A stretch of DNA of 64,000 bases from Macrostomum hystrix (taxonomy: Eukaryota; Animalia; Platyhelminthes), in NCBI GenBank assembly GCA_950097015.1, contig CATNEN010000014.1, forward strand, positions 62,001 to 126,000, in the 5' to 3' direction. Below, piece by piece: positions 33,629-45,461 of this stretch. The notes under the pieces are model-generated. The model did no database searches, had not been told where the DNA came from, and saw only the letters and a program-made list of their open reading frames with translations. Numbering within the stretch: the stretch's first letter is position 1; each line of letters begins with the position of its first letter. A program made the translations under genes and the position numbers.

Positions 33629-36600
33629 CAGTGGAACCTCAACGGGCTACAGGCGCGTCGACCGGCACTTGAACGGCTGCTGGAGGAAAACAAAATAGAC
33701 ATCGCCCTTCTGCAGGAATCTAACCTCACCGAGAGAGAGCCCACACCCAAGCTCCGCGGTTACACCGTCCACCGCCGCGACCGGGTCGTCCACCGGGGGG
33801 GTGGCGGTCACCATGGAGGCCTGCTCACTCTGGTCAAACAAGGCCTGGCCCATGAAGAGGTGGAGGCGGGTCTGCGGACCCCCGTCAACGCGGCCCTGGA
33901 GCAGCTGACCATCCGTCTGTTCGGAGACAAGTCCAAGCCGCTGCACCTCACCAACCTCTACCGCCCACCTGTACGGCACTCCGACGCGGACGACCGAGAC
34001 GGGGCCCTACACACCAACGGCTGGCCCACCGATGGGCACTGGCTGCTGATGGGCGACCTCAACGCTCACGGTAGCTGGGACCCGAATGCTGATCCGGACC
34101 CCCCTGGAAGCGAGCTCGACGATTGGCTGAGCGACCACGGCTGGATGGCGCTCAACGACGGCAGTGCCACTAGAGTGAGCCCGGGGGGGGGTGAGTCGGC
34201 GCCCGACGTGTCGCTCTGCAGTGCTGTCTGGTCCAGCCGGATCAGCTGGCGCGTGGGGGACGCCATGGGGTCGGACCACCTCCCTCTGCTGCTGACCATC
34301 GCCTTCACCCAAACCCATGAGCGACGCCGCCCAGCTGGCTTCAACCTGCGACGGGCGGACTGGCCGACCTACGCGACGCGGGCGGGTGATTTTTTCCTGG
34401 GCTGGTCGGCGGACGGCTTTCGGTCCGTGGAGGCCGCCAATGCAGACTTCTGCCGCAGGATCCTGGACGCGGCGAGCTGCATCCCCAAGGGCAGAGTTAA
34501 GAAGGCCAAGAGCTGGTGGGACGAGCGATGCAGACGGGCCCAGGGCGCCACTCGCGGCGCCTTAGCGGCAGCCAGAGCCGCGCCAGGGGACTTGGAAGCC
34601 GCGGCGAGGTACCGCGCTGCCCGCGACCAAGCCGACCGAGTGTACCAACAGGCGAAGACCGAGTCCTGGCAAGGTTTCGTCGCGGAGCTGTCGGCCAGGT
34701 CCCCAGACAACAAGGTCTGGAACACCATCAGGGCCCTCGATGGCCGAGCGCATGAGCCGCTCCCTGACACCCCGCTCCGCAAGGGCAACAAGACCGCGAC
34801 CTCTGACCGGGAGAAGGCAGACATGGCGATGGCGACCTATGCGGAGGCAAGCCGACTCCGCGTTCCGAAGACAGATCAGCAGGCTGCCAGGAGGGAGGTC
34901 CGCCGCGCTCTGCAGAACGAGACGGACGACCTGCGGTCCACCCCGTTCCACCTGGCAGAGCTGGACGTCGTTCTGAGGGAGGTCGAGGGGAAGGCGCCGG
35001 GTCAAGACGGAGTTCTCCCGGCTTTTCTTCAAAACCTCCCGTCGATCGGACGGGTCGCCCTGCTCTCCCTGCTCAACCGGAGCTGGTTGGAGGGCAAGGT
35101 TCCATCGGGCTGGCGCACGGCCATCATCACGCCCATTGCCAAGAAGGGCAAGCCCAAGAGCGACCCGGCATCCTTCCGACCTGTCTCGCTGCTCAGCTGT
35201 GTCGGGAAGACGTTAGAAGCGATGGTGCAGCGCAGGCTGGCGGCCTGGGCGGAGGAGATCGGCCTGCTCCCGGACGCGCAGTCCGGGTTTCGCGCCAGCC
35301 GCAGCACGGTTGACGCCCTAGCGCAGCTGGCCCAGCCGGCCTTTGACGACCTGCAGACGCGGCCGATGACGAGGACCCTGGTGGCAGCGATCGACTTCTT
35401 CGCTGCTTTTGACCGAACCTGGCGCCTCGGGGTGCTGCGGCAACTGGCTCGAGCGAGCGCCCCGGGACGGTGGCTGCGCTGGATCCGCGCGTTTCTGGCT
35501 GACCGGAGAGCTCGAGTGCGCTGGGTTGATAGCATGAGCCGGCCCAAGATCCTGAAGGAGGGAGTCCCGCAAGGCAGTCCGTTGTCCCCGCTGCTATTCA
35601 ACATTGCGACCTGTACCCTGCCAGACGCCATCCAGTCCGCCGCCCCGCTCTGTAAGCCGCTGCAATACGCCGATGACCTGTCCATCAAGACGTCGGCGGG
35701 CACTGCGGCGGCAGCGGCGGAGAACATGCAACAAGCGCTGGAAGCGGCAGAAACCTGGTGCCAGCAGCATCACTTCGAACTGGCCCCAAACAAGACCGAG
35801 GCCCTGCTGGTGAGTACCCATCCCGTGGAGAATACCGAGGCCTTCCGCAACTCTGTTCAGCTCCAGGTCGGTGGGCAGACGATCAGCTGCCGGAAGGAGG
35901 CGCGCATCCTGGGGGTGTTCGTGGACTCCCAGGTCACCTTCGCCGAGCAGGCCCGTCGCGCGCTGGCTGCCATGCGGAGCCGGCTCAACGCCCTGCGGGC
36001 TGTGGCTTCCCGCCGGTGGGGAGCTGACGCTGATACGCTTCGTCGGCTCTACTGCGGCTACGTTCGCCCGGCGGGGCTGTACGCGGCGGAGGTGTGGTGG
36101 CCTTTTCTGGCTCGTACCCACCGGGAGCGGTTGGAGTCGATGAATTACGCCGCGGCCCGGGCCATCACCGGTGTCAGTCCCGGTGCCCGGGCTGCTGCGC
36201 TGATCGCGGACGCCGGGCTACAGCCCCTGGACATCATTTGCCGGATTCGGGCGGCTGAGCTCTACCTGCGATGCCGCCAGTTCAGCGAGGGCCACCCGCT
36301 GCGGAAGCTAACCGACGCCCCGCCGAACACGACGAGACTGCGGTCGAGAGGGGGCGGGACCCGCGGGTGCTGGAGAGAGACGGCGCTTGCGGCCCTGGAG
36401 GAGGCGGGATGTCACGCTCGGAACATTGAGGGGTGCGTTCCGCTCTCCTGCCTGCACCGGCCGTGGACCCCTCATCACTCGGCCCGCTTCGCTGCGGCGG
36501 ATGCTGGGCGCGAGGAGCCCCCGGAGGTCCGACGCGCGAGGGCCTTAGAACTGCTGGACTCCCTTCGCCGGAGCGACCCGCCGTACCTCGAAGTCTGGAC

Positions 36601-37447
36601 AGACGGGGCGGCGGAAGAAGGCTTCAGAAATGGCGGTGGAGGCTACATCATCCGGCGTAATGCTATCGGCCCCGACGTCAAGGGCAGTATCCCGACCGGA
36701 CGGTGGACCAGTTCGACCACTTCAGAAGCGGCCGCGGCGGCGGCGGGGCTCGAGGCAGCCCTCGGTCTCCTTCGGGGGAAGCCGAGCTCGGCGATCTGGC
36801 TGCTGTTCGACTCACGAGCCCTGTTCCAGCGGCTGCAGTCCTCGACCAAGTGCCTGCAAGACCACGCCACCGCGCAAGCCGCGATCCTGCTCCAACAGCT
36901 GGCCAGCGAGCACAGGCCAACGGTCATCTGGATCCCAGGGCATGCAGGCCTTGCGCTTAACGAGGCCGCCGATGAGCTGGCCCGGAGAGGGTCCGCCATG
37001 CAGCAAGACCCCCAGCCTGTCCCCGTGTCGGCCGCCAGGGCCGCCCTCCGTCGCCAGGGACGAACGGCCGAATTGGCTGAGTATAATCAGCTAGTTCCGG
37101 CGGACCACCCCCACAGGCTCTGCGGCGGAGCGCAGTTCATCCACCGGCCAGGCTGGCCGCGGACGGCCGAGGTGGCGCTGTACCAGCTTCGGGCCAACCG
37201 GGCGCCCTTCCTGCAGGCCACCCGGCATCGTTGGGGCCGCGACCCAACCGCTGCCTGCCCGCACTGCAATGCCCCCGAAGAAGACACCCGGCATTTCCTG
37301 TTAGACTGCCCCAGGTGGGCGGAGGAGCGCCGGCTTCACATCCCAGAGGCTATCAACGGCTCTATGTCCCCACTGCAGAACGACCCAGAAGGGGTGCGGG
37401 CCTTCGTCGAGGCGTCGGGCGCGCTGGCGCGCCCCCCGTATGCCTAG
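33629..37447 (+). CDS. Uninterrupted APE-RT-RNase H-CCHC polyprotein (~1272 aa, native start missing)
   Basis: QWNLNG, LLQES, GDLNAH and GSDH; FRPVSLLSCVGK, GVPQGSPLSP and YADD; WTDGA and WIPGHAGLALNEAADELAR; CPHC...HFLLDCP. No stop from 33629 to 37447. Confidence 0.92.
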   Translation, partial: QWNLNGLQARRPALERLLEENKIDIALLQESNLTEREPTPKLRGYTVHRRDRVVHRGGGGHHGGLLTLVKQGLAHEEVEAGLRTPVNAALEQLTIRLFGDKSKPLHLTNLYRPPVRHSDADDRDGALHTNGWPTDGHWLLMGDLNAHGSWDPNADPDPPGSELDDWLSDHGWMALNDGSATRVSPGGGESAPDVSLCSAVWSSRISWRVGDAMGSDHLPLLLTIAFTQTHERRRPAGFNLRRADWPTYATRAGDFFLGWSADGFRSVEAANADFCRRILDAASCIPKGRVKKAKSWWDERCRRAQGATRGALAAARAAPGDLEAAARYRAARDQADRVYQQAKTESWQGFVAELSARSPDNKVWNTIRALDGRAHEPLPDTPLRKGNKTATSDREKADMAMATYAEASRLRVPKTDQQAARREVRRALQNETDDLRSTPFHLAELDVVLREVEGKAPGQDGVLPAFLQNLPSIGRVALLSLLNRSWLEGKVPSGWRTAIITPIAKKGKPKSDPASFRPVSLLSCVGKTLEAMVQRRLAAWAEEIGLLPDAQSGFRASRSTVDALAQLAQPAFDDLQTRPMTRTLVAAIDFFAAFDRTWRLGVLRQLARASAPGRWLRWIRAFLADRRARVRWVDSMSRPKILKEGVPQGSPLSPLLFNIATCTLPDAIQSAAPLCKPLQYADDLSIKTSAGTAAAAAENMQQALEAAETWCQQHHFELAPNKTEALLVSTHPVENTEAFRNSVQLQVGGQTISCRKEARILGVFVDSQVTFAEQARRALAAMRSRLNALRAVASRRWGADADTLRRLYCGYVRPAGLYAAEVWWPFLARTHRERLESMNYAAARAITGVSPGARAAALIADAGLQPLDIICRIRAAELYLRCRQFSEGHPLRKLTDAPPNTTRLRSRGGGTRGCWRETALAALEEAGCHARNIEGCVPLSCLHRPWTPHHSARFAAADAGREEPPEVRRARALELLDSLRRSDPPYLEVWTDGAAEEGFRNGGGGYIIRRNAIGPDVKGSIPTGRWTSSTTSEAAAAAAGLEAALGLLRGKPSSAIWLLFDSRALFQRLQSSTKCLQDHATAQAAILLQQLASEHRPTVIWIPGHAGLALNEAADELARRGSAMQQDPQPVPVSAARAALRRQGRTAELAEYNQLVPADHPHRLCGGAQFIHRPGWPRTAEVALYQLRANRAPFLQATRHRWGRDPTAACPHCNAPEEDTRHFLLDCPRWAEERRLHIPEAINGSMSPLQNDPEGVRAFVEASGALARPPYA

Positions 37448-37473
37448 CGAGGGATCTGAACCAACACACACAC
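33629..37473 (+). mobile_element. I-group (Ingi/Nimb-like) LINE, 5'-truncated, young
   Basis: 11-bp TSD accgacatccg at 33618-33628 and 37474-37484; (AC)n tail at about 37463-37473. Confidence 0.9.
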
Positions 37474-40400
37474 ACCGACATCCGATGCCGAGAAGGCCCT
37501 GGCAGACGCCTACGCAAGTCGACAGAAAGCCGCTGTCACCTCTGTCGGGCCTGAACGGCAGAACAGGGTCGTCTGGTCGGTCGTGAACGCCCTCACCGGT
37601 CACAAAAAGAAGGCGGCGCTCAACCTGGCTGGCGACACTGCCGAGGAGCGCAGAAACAAGCTGCGCACCTTCTTCGCCGCCATTGTCAACGCGCCGCCGA
37701 CTCTGCCGAACGACATGCCGCTGCCCCCCGAGGTGGTGCTACCGCGGCAGGAGAACTTCGACACCAGTCCAGTGACCAGCACCGACATCGTGGAGTTCGC
37801 CCGCAGGGCCCCAGGAGGCCGCGCCCCCCGGTCCGGATGAGGTCCCCGTCGAGGCGCTGCGAGTCACAAGGGTTGCCACCGAGGTGGCCCGCGTGATGAA
37901 CGGCGTCCTAGCGGAAGGCCATGCGCCCCGCGAGTGGACCCAGGCCACCATCGTCGGCATCCCGAAGAAGCCGGGCACTACGGGGAAGGAGGAGCATCGC
38001 GGAATCTCGCTCATGTCCTGTGCCGCGAAGCTGTTCAACGGGTGCTGCGGTACGAGCTTAACGGGTTCCGGCCCCGTCGCGGCAAGATGACTCAGATCCT
38101 GGCCCTCCGCCGCATCGCCGCCTCGGGGAGGCGCGCATCCACCAGTCAAGCCTTGTCGTCATCTTTGTTGACTTCCTCAAGGCTTTCGACTCGGTGGCCC
38201 ACGGCGCGCTGCTCACGTACTCCGTGCCTACAACATACCGCAGCAGCTGATCTCCGCCATCATGGCGCTGTATCAGGACACCGCCGCTGTGGTAGCGGAC
38301 TGTCGGACCGTCGGACCTGTTCAGCACTACCTCCGGAGTGCTGCAGGGTGACACTCTGGCGCCCTTTCTCTTCGTGCTGGTGATGGACTGGGTGCTCAGG
38401 ACCATCCTGCCGACTGCAAAGGACGGTTTTCGGCTTCAAAGGCGCACTAGTCGACGGCGCCCTGAGAAGAAGCTGTCTGTCCTCGGCTACGCGGACGACC
38501 TCACCCTGCTGTCTACGACGGCTTAAGGCGCCCAATGGCTGCTAGATGGCCTGACAGCGGCGGAGGTGAGGGTCGGCCTCGCTATCAACGCCATGAAGAC
38601 CGAGGTGCTGACGGTGCCGCATAACCTACCTGTCGAGATTCGACTACGAGACGGTGACGGCCCCGGGACCGCGCTCCCGAAGTGCCGTCAGTTCGTCTAC
38701 CTCGGCAGACTGGTGCCTGACGTGGGCGACGACCTGGCGAGACGGCGCGGCAAGGCCTGAGCCGCCTTCCGTTCTGTGCGGGCGGTGCTGCTCTCCGAGG
38801 CCCTGTCGAACGGCGCCAGGTCCCAGCTGTTCCAGGCGGTTGTCGAGACCGCCCTATTGTACAATGCTGAGACCTGGATGATGACCGGGGCGCTCGAGGC
38901 GCAGCTCGACATGGCGCATGCGCCCTAGTTCGCGCCGCTTTCGGTGCCCGCAGCGGCGCTGGCAGCGAGACAACCGAGTCCCTCTACCAGCGTGCGTGCC
39001 TAGCGCGGCCTTCTGTCCTGCTGAGTCAGCGGCGCCTGCCGCTGGCCGGGCATGTCATCCGTGCCGAAGCCTACTTGCCCAGAGCCGCTGCAGGATGTCC
39101 TGCATGATTGTGGACCTCGCAGGGACCGCGCTGGCGCGGCCAGGGACGATCAGCTCGCTATGTCGACCGTCTTTTTGAACACGCCCGAGCACCCAGCCAG
39201 GTGGCCGGAGTGAAGCATGTCAGAGACCTGGCTCTGAAACGCGCGATTTGAGCTCCCCCCTCTTGGCCACTTATGTGGTCGGCGTAAGGCATAACTATTA
39301 TTATTATTATTATGGGCCATAATTACACGCAAATTAGATTATAAGCGCTTAAAAAATCAGCAAGCTGAGCAGTTTACATTAAGTCTCATTAAGTCTCACT
39401 TTGCGATTTCTACGCTTTCGCCTTCCAGAGCTGTCAGTGTAGTCCTTAGCTTCATTAAGACTCGCTTGCTTGATTGGAGCGAGCTCTTTCCGTGTGGTGT
39501 GAGTATTCTTGCTTAGGTTTAGCATTTAAGGTACAGATCTTAGAGATTTAGTATAGTTTGATTGGATGACAATACTTGCTTGCAACAGCGAGGCGGCATG
39601 CCGCTGCTCAAGCCACTGTTTTCTTGGACCGGCAACTTAAGTAATGTCGTCTAAATACATAGAAACTCACCAGGATTGAATGCATAGATACGAGCGAATT
39701 CCATAACAATACATATCTAGATATGTGCCTTCGTGGCGACAGCCTCCTGTGAAAAGTCAACCAAGAATGACAGAATAATTTATTAGTGATTCCAAACTGC
39801 ACTCACGCAGATATTATTCCGCTTTCTGCATCGATGAACTCAGCCATTGTTATTCATTTATCACTTTGACAGTAGTAATACAGAAATACTTCTGTGTTGG
39901 TAAAACACTCATGCAAGTCACCTTACAATTCTCAATAAGATTACACACTGATAATACCAGGCTTGAGTTGTCCAATATTCTATTGGACTATTATTAACAC
40001 AATAAAATGAACGCTATCTGATTAAAAAATTCCACAGTTCCACTATTCATTGCGACATGCTTTAGACAGGGAGTTTGACAGAAGTCCACCATAAGTCTGC
40101 CGGTCGTGCTTTTTCTTTCGTTTGTTCGTTCAGGCTACGTATCTTGAAGCCGTATGGCTTCAAGAGGAAAGTCAGTTGCGCCAAAAACTATAAATAAATG
40201 ACGACACTACTGTAAGGAGCAAGAGGGCCGTCGCCCCACCTCCGGAATCGTCAAAACCCTCATGCTGGTCAAAATTCACGCTCTCGACGGTTATTTGCTT
40301 GTCCGTGGGCCGAAGTAATCGTCAAAGAGCTCCAGAAGCTCATGGGTTTTTCGCTCGCTGAACAGAGGCAGCTGAACCGTCAAGCACCGACACTTCAGTT

Positions 40401-40855
40401 TTAAAGGTGTTGACATGTCCAAAGCAACTTTCAGTGATAAGATGCAGAAACAAGTTCACGCTGCGCTTTTCTTCAGTTAATTATTCTAGTTGCCTTGAGG
40501 TAAATAAAAAATCTCTGCTGCCAGCGTTTCCAAGACTCATTGGAGTCCGCCTCCAATTCTTCATGCACGTCGGCCTCAGGTCCATGTAGAATTTAGCTTC
40601 TTTAACTTCAACTTAGCTAACTTTAACTTGTAACTTGCATTTTAACTATAGCTGTAAATTAATGCATGTAGCTACATTAAATGGGTGCTCCACTTGAGGT
40701 GCTCTCGTCTTACACGGTTTTTTATATTGTTGTACCTAGCAGCTCGGTTCACTTATGCGAGACCTGCTTGTCATAGTTTCTCCCACAGATATAATTATAT
40801 AGATGTATAATATTTCTCTCGATTTGAAAGTTTAACTGAGGCTGAGACTGAGGCA

Positions 40856-41760
40856 TTGATATCCGGCACGGTACCTCCAAAGACCATTAAGAAGTGCGAG
40901 TGGATGTTGTCTATTTTCAAGGACTGGCACGCATTCGAAAAGCAAGAATGGGCGACAAATGGTGGACCATCTCTCATGGACATGGAGGAATTTGAAAAGG
41001 GTGAATTGAAATTTCTATTGAAGCTGTTCGTCCTGGAATCCGGACAAAACGAAACGATACTCGGCTGGTACGCTGAAATACTTTTTCTCCATGCTACAGT
41101 GCCACATGCGCAACGTGTACCATTGTCGGAATTATATTCCTCCAATTCTTAGTCTTGCGTTCATAATGTAATTTTAGTCCCTTCAGCACCTTAGTTGCAG
41201 CTAGCCTTATTTATTGTCTATGACCTCATCATTTGCGTTTACCACCTTTATATCTATGTACCAGACCTCCTCTCCGATACAGGTTGCTCTTAGCTTGCTC
41301 CCCTCTAGAAATTAACCTTGACGGCGCTGACGAGTGCAATGTCTATACGGAGTCGAGGAGAACGAATTCCAATCAGGGTGGCCTGAAGGCGCGCAGAAAC
41401 AACAAAAAGTTGTCAAGGCGTTCCACTCTGCGGACTGTGAGAAATGTGTAGTCTGCCTGTACCTAAAATAATGTTAGTGTTCGTCCTGCCAAGTGCGCAT
41501 CTGCTCTGTTTCTATCCGCCAATGAAAACTGGATTCCAACCAATGAAAAGGCTTGGTACACAGTGCAACCGGTTGGCAAAAAATGTGCCTTCCAACCTCG
41601 TGACAGACACCGTTTCTGAATTTCGTCCGAACAGCACCGCACGGTATACAAATCAGAGTCAATTCGCAAGGCTTGTGAGGCGGGCATCGAACGCGGTGAT
41701 ATCGCCCGGGTCACCGGTCACTCTGATGCCTAGGAGTTGGAACAGTATATCAACCAGTGT
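40856..41760 (+). pseudogene. Crypton-type tyrosine recombinase remnant 3
   Basis: VPPKTIKKCEWMLSIFKDW...LKLFVLE, YTESRRTNSNQGGLK, WYTVQPVGK, YTNQS and AGIERGDIARVTGH...LEQY, across broken frames. Confidence 0.7.
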
Positions 41761-41879
41761 GGCGGCCGCTCTCTCCAGCGCCCTGCATGGTGCTAGGGCG
41801 GCCACCCCAACCTTAGGTTTTGACTTGCACTTGCGCTTGGCCGGGCAGTGTGCATAGGGCTTAAGCTCATGTACACGCG

Positions 41880-43010
41880 CCGGCCTATAAATCACTCTCT
41901 TTTGAAACGCGCTTCACTTAACCTAAGGGGAGCCAGCCTGGTCAAGCGAGCTGCCTTCTTTGGCGAGGGCGTCCGCTGCCCCGCCTTAGCGAGGGGAGTC
42001 CGCAGTGCCCTGGGACCCACACCAGGCTTATCTTGCCGCCAATGTTGTTTCAGCTGCGGGCAATGCTGGTCGCGAGCGAGTCGTTCCAGCACCCTTGCCG
42101 TCTGGCGATCGATACCAGGGCTGATGCGCTATCGTAGGCGATGGCTGCGGTGTTCCAGCCTGTCGTTCTGATCAGCTGAAGCTTATAATCTACGGTAAGC
42201 TCTGCGTACCATTCCGACCGGAACGGATATGTTGCACAAACTGGATCAGATCTGAAGAAGAAGTTAAGAGCGTCGTCAAAGGCGACCAGTTTGGCTTGCG
42301 TGGAGGAGCATTCGAGGCCAGCGGGATGGCTGCTACTCCCGATTTCGCCGTTTTCGCGGTCGAATGTGATCCAACCCGCATCTCCGCGTCTGTCGGCAGT
42401 CGTGGAGCCGTCCGTGAACAGGGTGATATCAGCTGGCTTGTCATTGAGCCTGTTCTCGGCTTCCTGCCGGTTGGCTTGGGCAGTGTCCAGCTTGTGGATG
42501 GAGTTGTGATCGAGCTCAAGCGTCTGGTTTGTATGACAATGCAGGGGACAGAAAGTCGATGGTGCTCTTTATAGCTTTGGCTTTGGCTGGGTTTGGTAGG
42601 TTGGCAGGCCAGTTGCTATAATGGCACCATTCTCGCGAACACGGGCGCTGGAGACGTGCCTGAAGTGTGTTACTGGCTGCTTTGCTGCGGTTGATGTCAA
42701 GTCCGAGCCTGCAGCGCTTGTCGAAGCGAGTGAGCGCTTGTCGAAGCGAGTGAGCGAGTCAAGCTTTCCACGGCTCGCGATAGTTGTCAGGCCGGTTTTG
42801 GCGAGGAGAGCTTCGGCTGAAGTGCTGTTGAGCGCACTGGTGATGAGGCGGACCGCGGCGCCTGGCAGCGCTCGAGCTTTTCGACTTGGATGGTGCTGCC
42901 CAGGGCATCCAGACTGCTGCGGCGTACTCGAGCACCGGTCTAATAAGGGCGAGGTAGGCGACACCGATTGTGCTGTCGTCCATTCCCCATTCCCGGCCAC
43001 CTATGCGCCT
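41880..43010 (-). mobile_element. Second I-group (Ingi-like) LINE, 3' half, degenerate
   Basis: YLALIRPVLEYAAAVW, AVRLITSALNSTSAEALLAKTGL and RNase H ITLFTDGS...CSSTQAKLVAF. Confidence 0.75.
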
Positions 43011-43025
43011 GAGCAGGTGCCGTCT

Positions 43026-45455
43026 TTGCCTGGCTTTTTGGATATGTAATGTAATCGTCTGTGTACGCTATGTACATTCTCGCATGTGCAACGTGCTGGG
43101 GTGCGAGTGCGCGCCACGCCAAAACTTTCAAATAAAATACTGCTTAGGCCGTCTCTCATTGTCTCAGTAGACCAGTAAATCTTCAGTAAGTCCAACTTCA
43201 GTAAGTCCAACAAAGAAAATGCTCTTTTACCGCCTAAGTTTTCCGACTCTGCAGATATTGATGTGAACATGTGGCTGCAGATGTTCAAGCTGGACTTCGC
43301 TGCTGATTCCGACTGGGACGACAGGAAATTGGCGTCCAAAATCAAGTTGCTAATGAACGGAGAAGCTCTTGTGTTCATCTGGGACCTGAAGGACGACCAG
43401 AAGACGAGCTACAAAAGCATCAAGGAGCAGCTGACGATTTTCTACAGCAGCAAGGAGAATGCATTCCGCGCCATGACTGAGCTGGAGTAAGCGACAGCCA
43501 GTAGAGCCTCTTAGAGTGCTTCGCGCTCAAACCTGCTGTACCGCAAATCCCACCGAAACCACAGCCAAGAAATCAGAAATAAGGAGGGGAGACACCGACT
43601 GCTGACGCTGTTACAAGGGAACATCCGAGAGTCGTTGCTGAAGCAGTCCGACTGCGATGGAATCAGTCCTGAGGCGCTGGCGGACCGCGCCACAGCGCTG
43701 GAGAGCATCGGCTGCAACAAAGGCGCCTCCACGACGTAGCGGCAACTACAGCGGCCAATTCGATGACAGATCAGCTGGCGCGCATGCAGGAGAAACTGAC
43801 GGAGCTGGCCGCCACATGTTGCGACCATCGGCATGCGAGGAGAACAGCGCGGTGGAGGAAACCGCTGGTCAGCCCTGCCGCTGGCTGTTTGACACCGGCG
43901 AGCCGGTGACCCTCGTATCCAATGCAAATCCCCGAGCTCTCGGGGTTGAGGCGCAGCTCCACCCGCCCGTCAGCTTGCCTGTCGGCATCGACGGCTGGCA
44001 CCTAGAGTCACGAGCGTGTGCGTCTCTGACTGCCCAACTCGATGGCTTGCCATATGTCCTACATCAAGTGGTGAGCCCGAGTCCAGCCCGAGTGCGTCCT
44101 ATGCATGGATACCATAAGCGGATGAGCATGGAATTCAGTGCGGACCTTCCAACGGGCTACATCCATTTGGGACCTGCCTGCATTCAAATCCTGCCCGACT
44201 GTGGCTCTAAGCATGCGTGTCGCGTGGTGCTAACTGCTGTGATCGCCAGGGTTGCTAACACCTTGTTGATTCCGGCCCGCAGCTGCATCATCATCCATGT
44301 GAAGGTCCCTTCGACCATAGAGCAAGGCCGGCTATTCGAGCCACGACGAGAGATCGCTGAAAAGACAGGGCTGCTTTCCAACAGGGTGCTGGCTGTCTCA
44401 TACTCAGACTCTGCCAGTGGGCATCTGCAACCTCGGAGCGCACCCGGTGGGGCTGTACGAGAACCAGACGATCGGCAGTTTTGATTCGGTCGAGCCAGTG
44501 GAGCCAGGAAGCTCCTATCTCTGCGAGGAGTCCGACTTCAACATTAACCCGGCGCTGAGTGAGTCACAGCGCGAGTGCGTGGAGCACTGCTTCGAGGACG
44601 CGAGCAGATATTCGCCAGCCACGAGTTCGATCACAACGCACAACGCACCTGCTGTAGCACGAGATTAACCTGGAGCCCGGAAGACACATGGTTAAGCAGC
44701 GTCAGCGAAATTTCCCACTCAACTTTCGGCAGCAGGTCGACGACAAGATCAGCGAGGTGAGGTATCACGGCATCATTGAGCGTCGTGTAGCCCGCAGGCC
44801 AGCAACCTGCTCGTTGTACGCAAGAAAAACAATGACATTCACATCTGCACAGACTGGCGAGCCCTCAACTCGTGAACTGTCAAGGATACGTACCAGCTGC
44901 CTCCGCTGTCTGTCGGGCTGGATGTGCTGGCGGGTAGCAGTTGGTTTAGCCCGCTGGATATTCGGCAAAACTTCCTCCAGGTCTAGATCAGAGAGCAGGA
45001 TCGATACAAGACGGCCTTCTACAACACCCTAGACCTGATGCAGTACAAGAAGCTCGGGTTCGGCCTGTGCAATGCGCCTGCAACCTTCCAGCGGATCATG
45101 GACCTGACGATGTGCGGCCTGAACTGGTCAGAGGTGCTAACCTACATTGACGACCTGATCCTATTCAGGGCTGAGGACGTGCGCCGACTCGTCGGCATGC
45201 TGGGATTCTACCGGCGATTTTTTTCGCACTTAACAAACGTCAGCCAGCTCCACCTGGTGACGCAGAAGGGTCATCAGTTCGATTGGACAGCAGAGTGCGA
45301 GCTGGCCCTGCAGAAGCTGAAGACGGCGCTGTCATCCCTGCCAGTTCTGCGACTACCCGACTTATCTAGGGAGTTTCAGATGAGCTGACAGCAGTGGCGT
45401 GGTCATCACCGGTGTCCTAAGCCAGTTTCAAGCGGCTCTACAGACCTGGCCAAGA
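43026..45455 (+). mobile_element. Gypsy LTR retrotransposon remnant (gag, protease, RT, start of RNase H)
   Basis: gag-like WLQMFKL...KIKLLMNGEALVF, protease LFDTG, GFGLCNAPATFQRIMD, LTYIDDL and LPVLRLPDLSREF. 5' boundary approximate. Confidence 0.78.
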
Positions 45456-45461
45456 CAACAT

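Larger units (their letters stand above)
33430..39313 (+). mobile_element. RTE-clade LINE, 5'-truncated and degenerate, split by the Ingi-like insertion
   Basis: EHRGISLMSCAAKLFN, FVDFLKAFDSV, GVLQGDTLAPFLF, LGYADDL, FVYLG, LLYNAETW and LAGHVIR; (ATT)n tail at 39296-39313. The frame reads through once the insertion is removed (ARRPTS|DAEKAL). Confidence 0.85.

Noticed and set aside
34007-37603. Numerous overlapping or antisense ORFs over GC-rich LINEs (also 21161-22685, 25504-26589, 45762-50075)
   Set aside because: Shadow ORFs of GC-rich retroelement coding sequence with no recognisable domains.
40142-40165. Perfect 10-bp hairpin tcttgaagcc-gtat-ggcttcaaga
   Set aside because: Isolated, with no second copy or element boundary tied to it; could be chance or a fragment of an unrecognised element.
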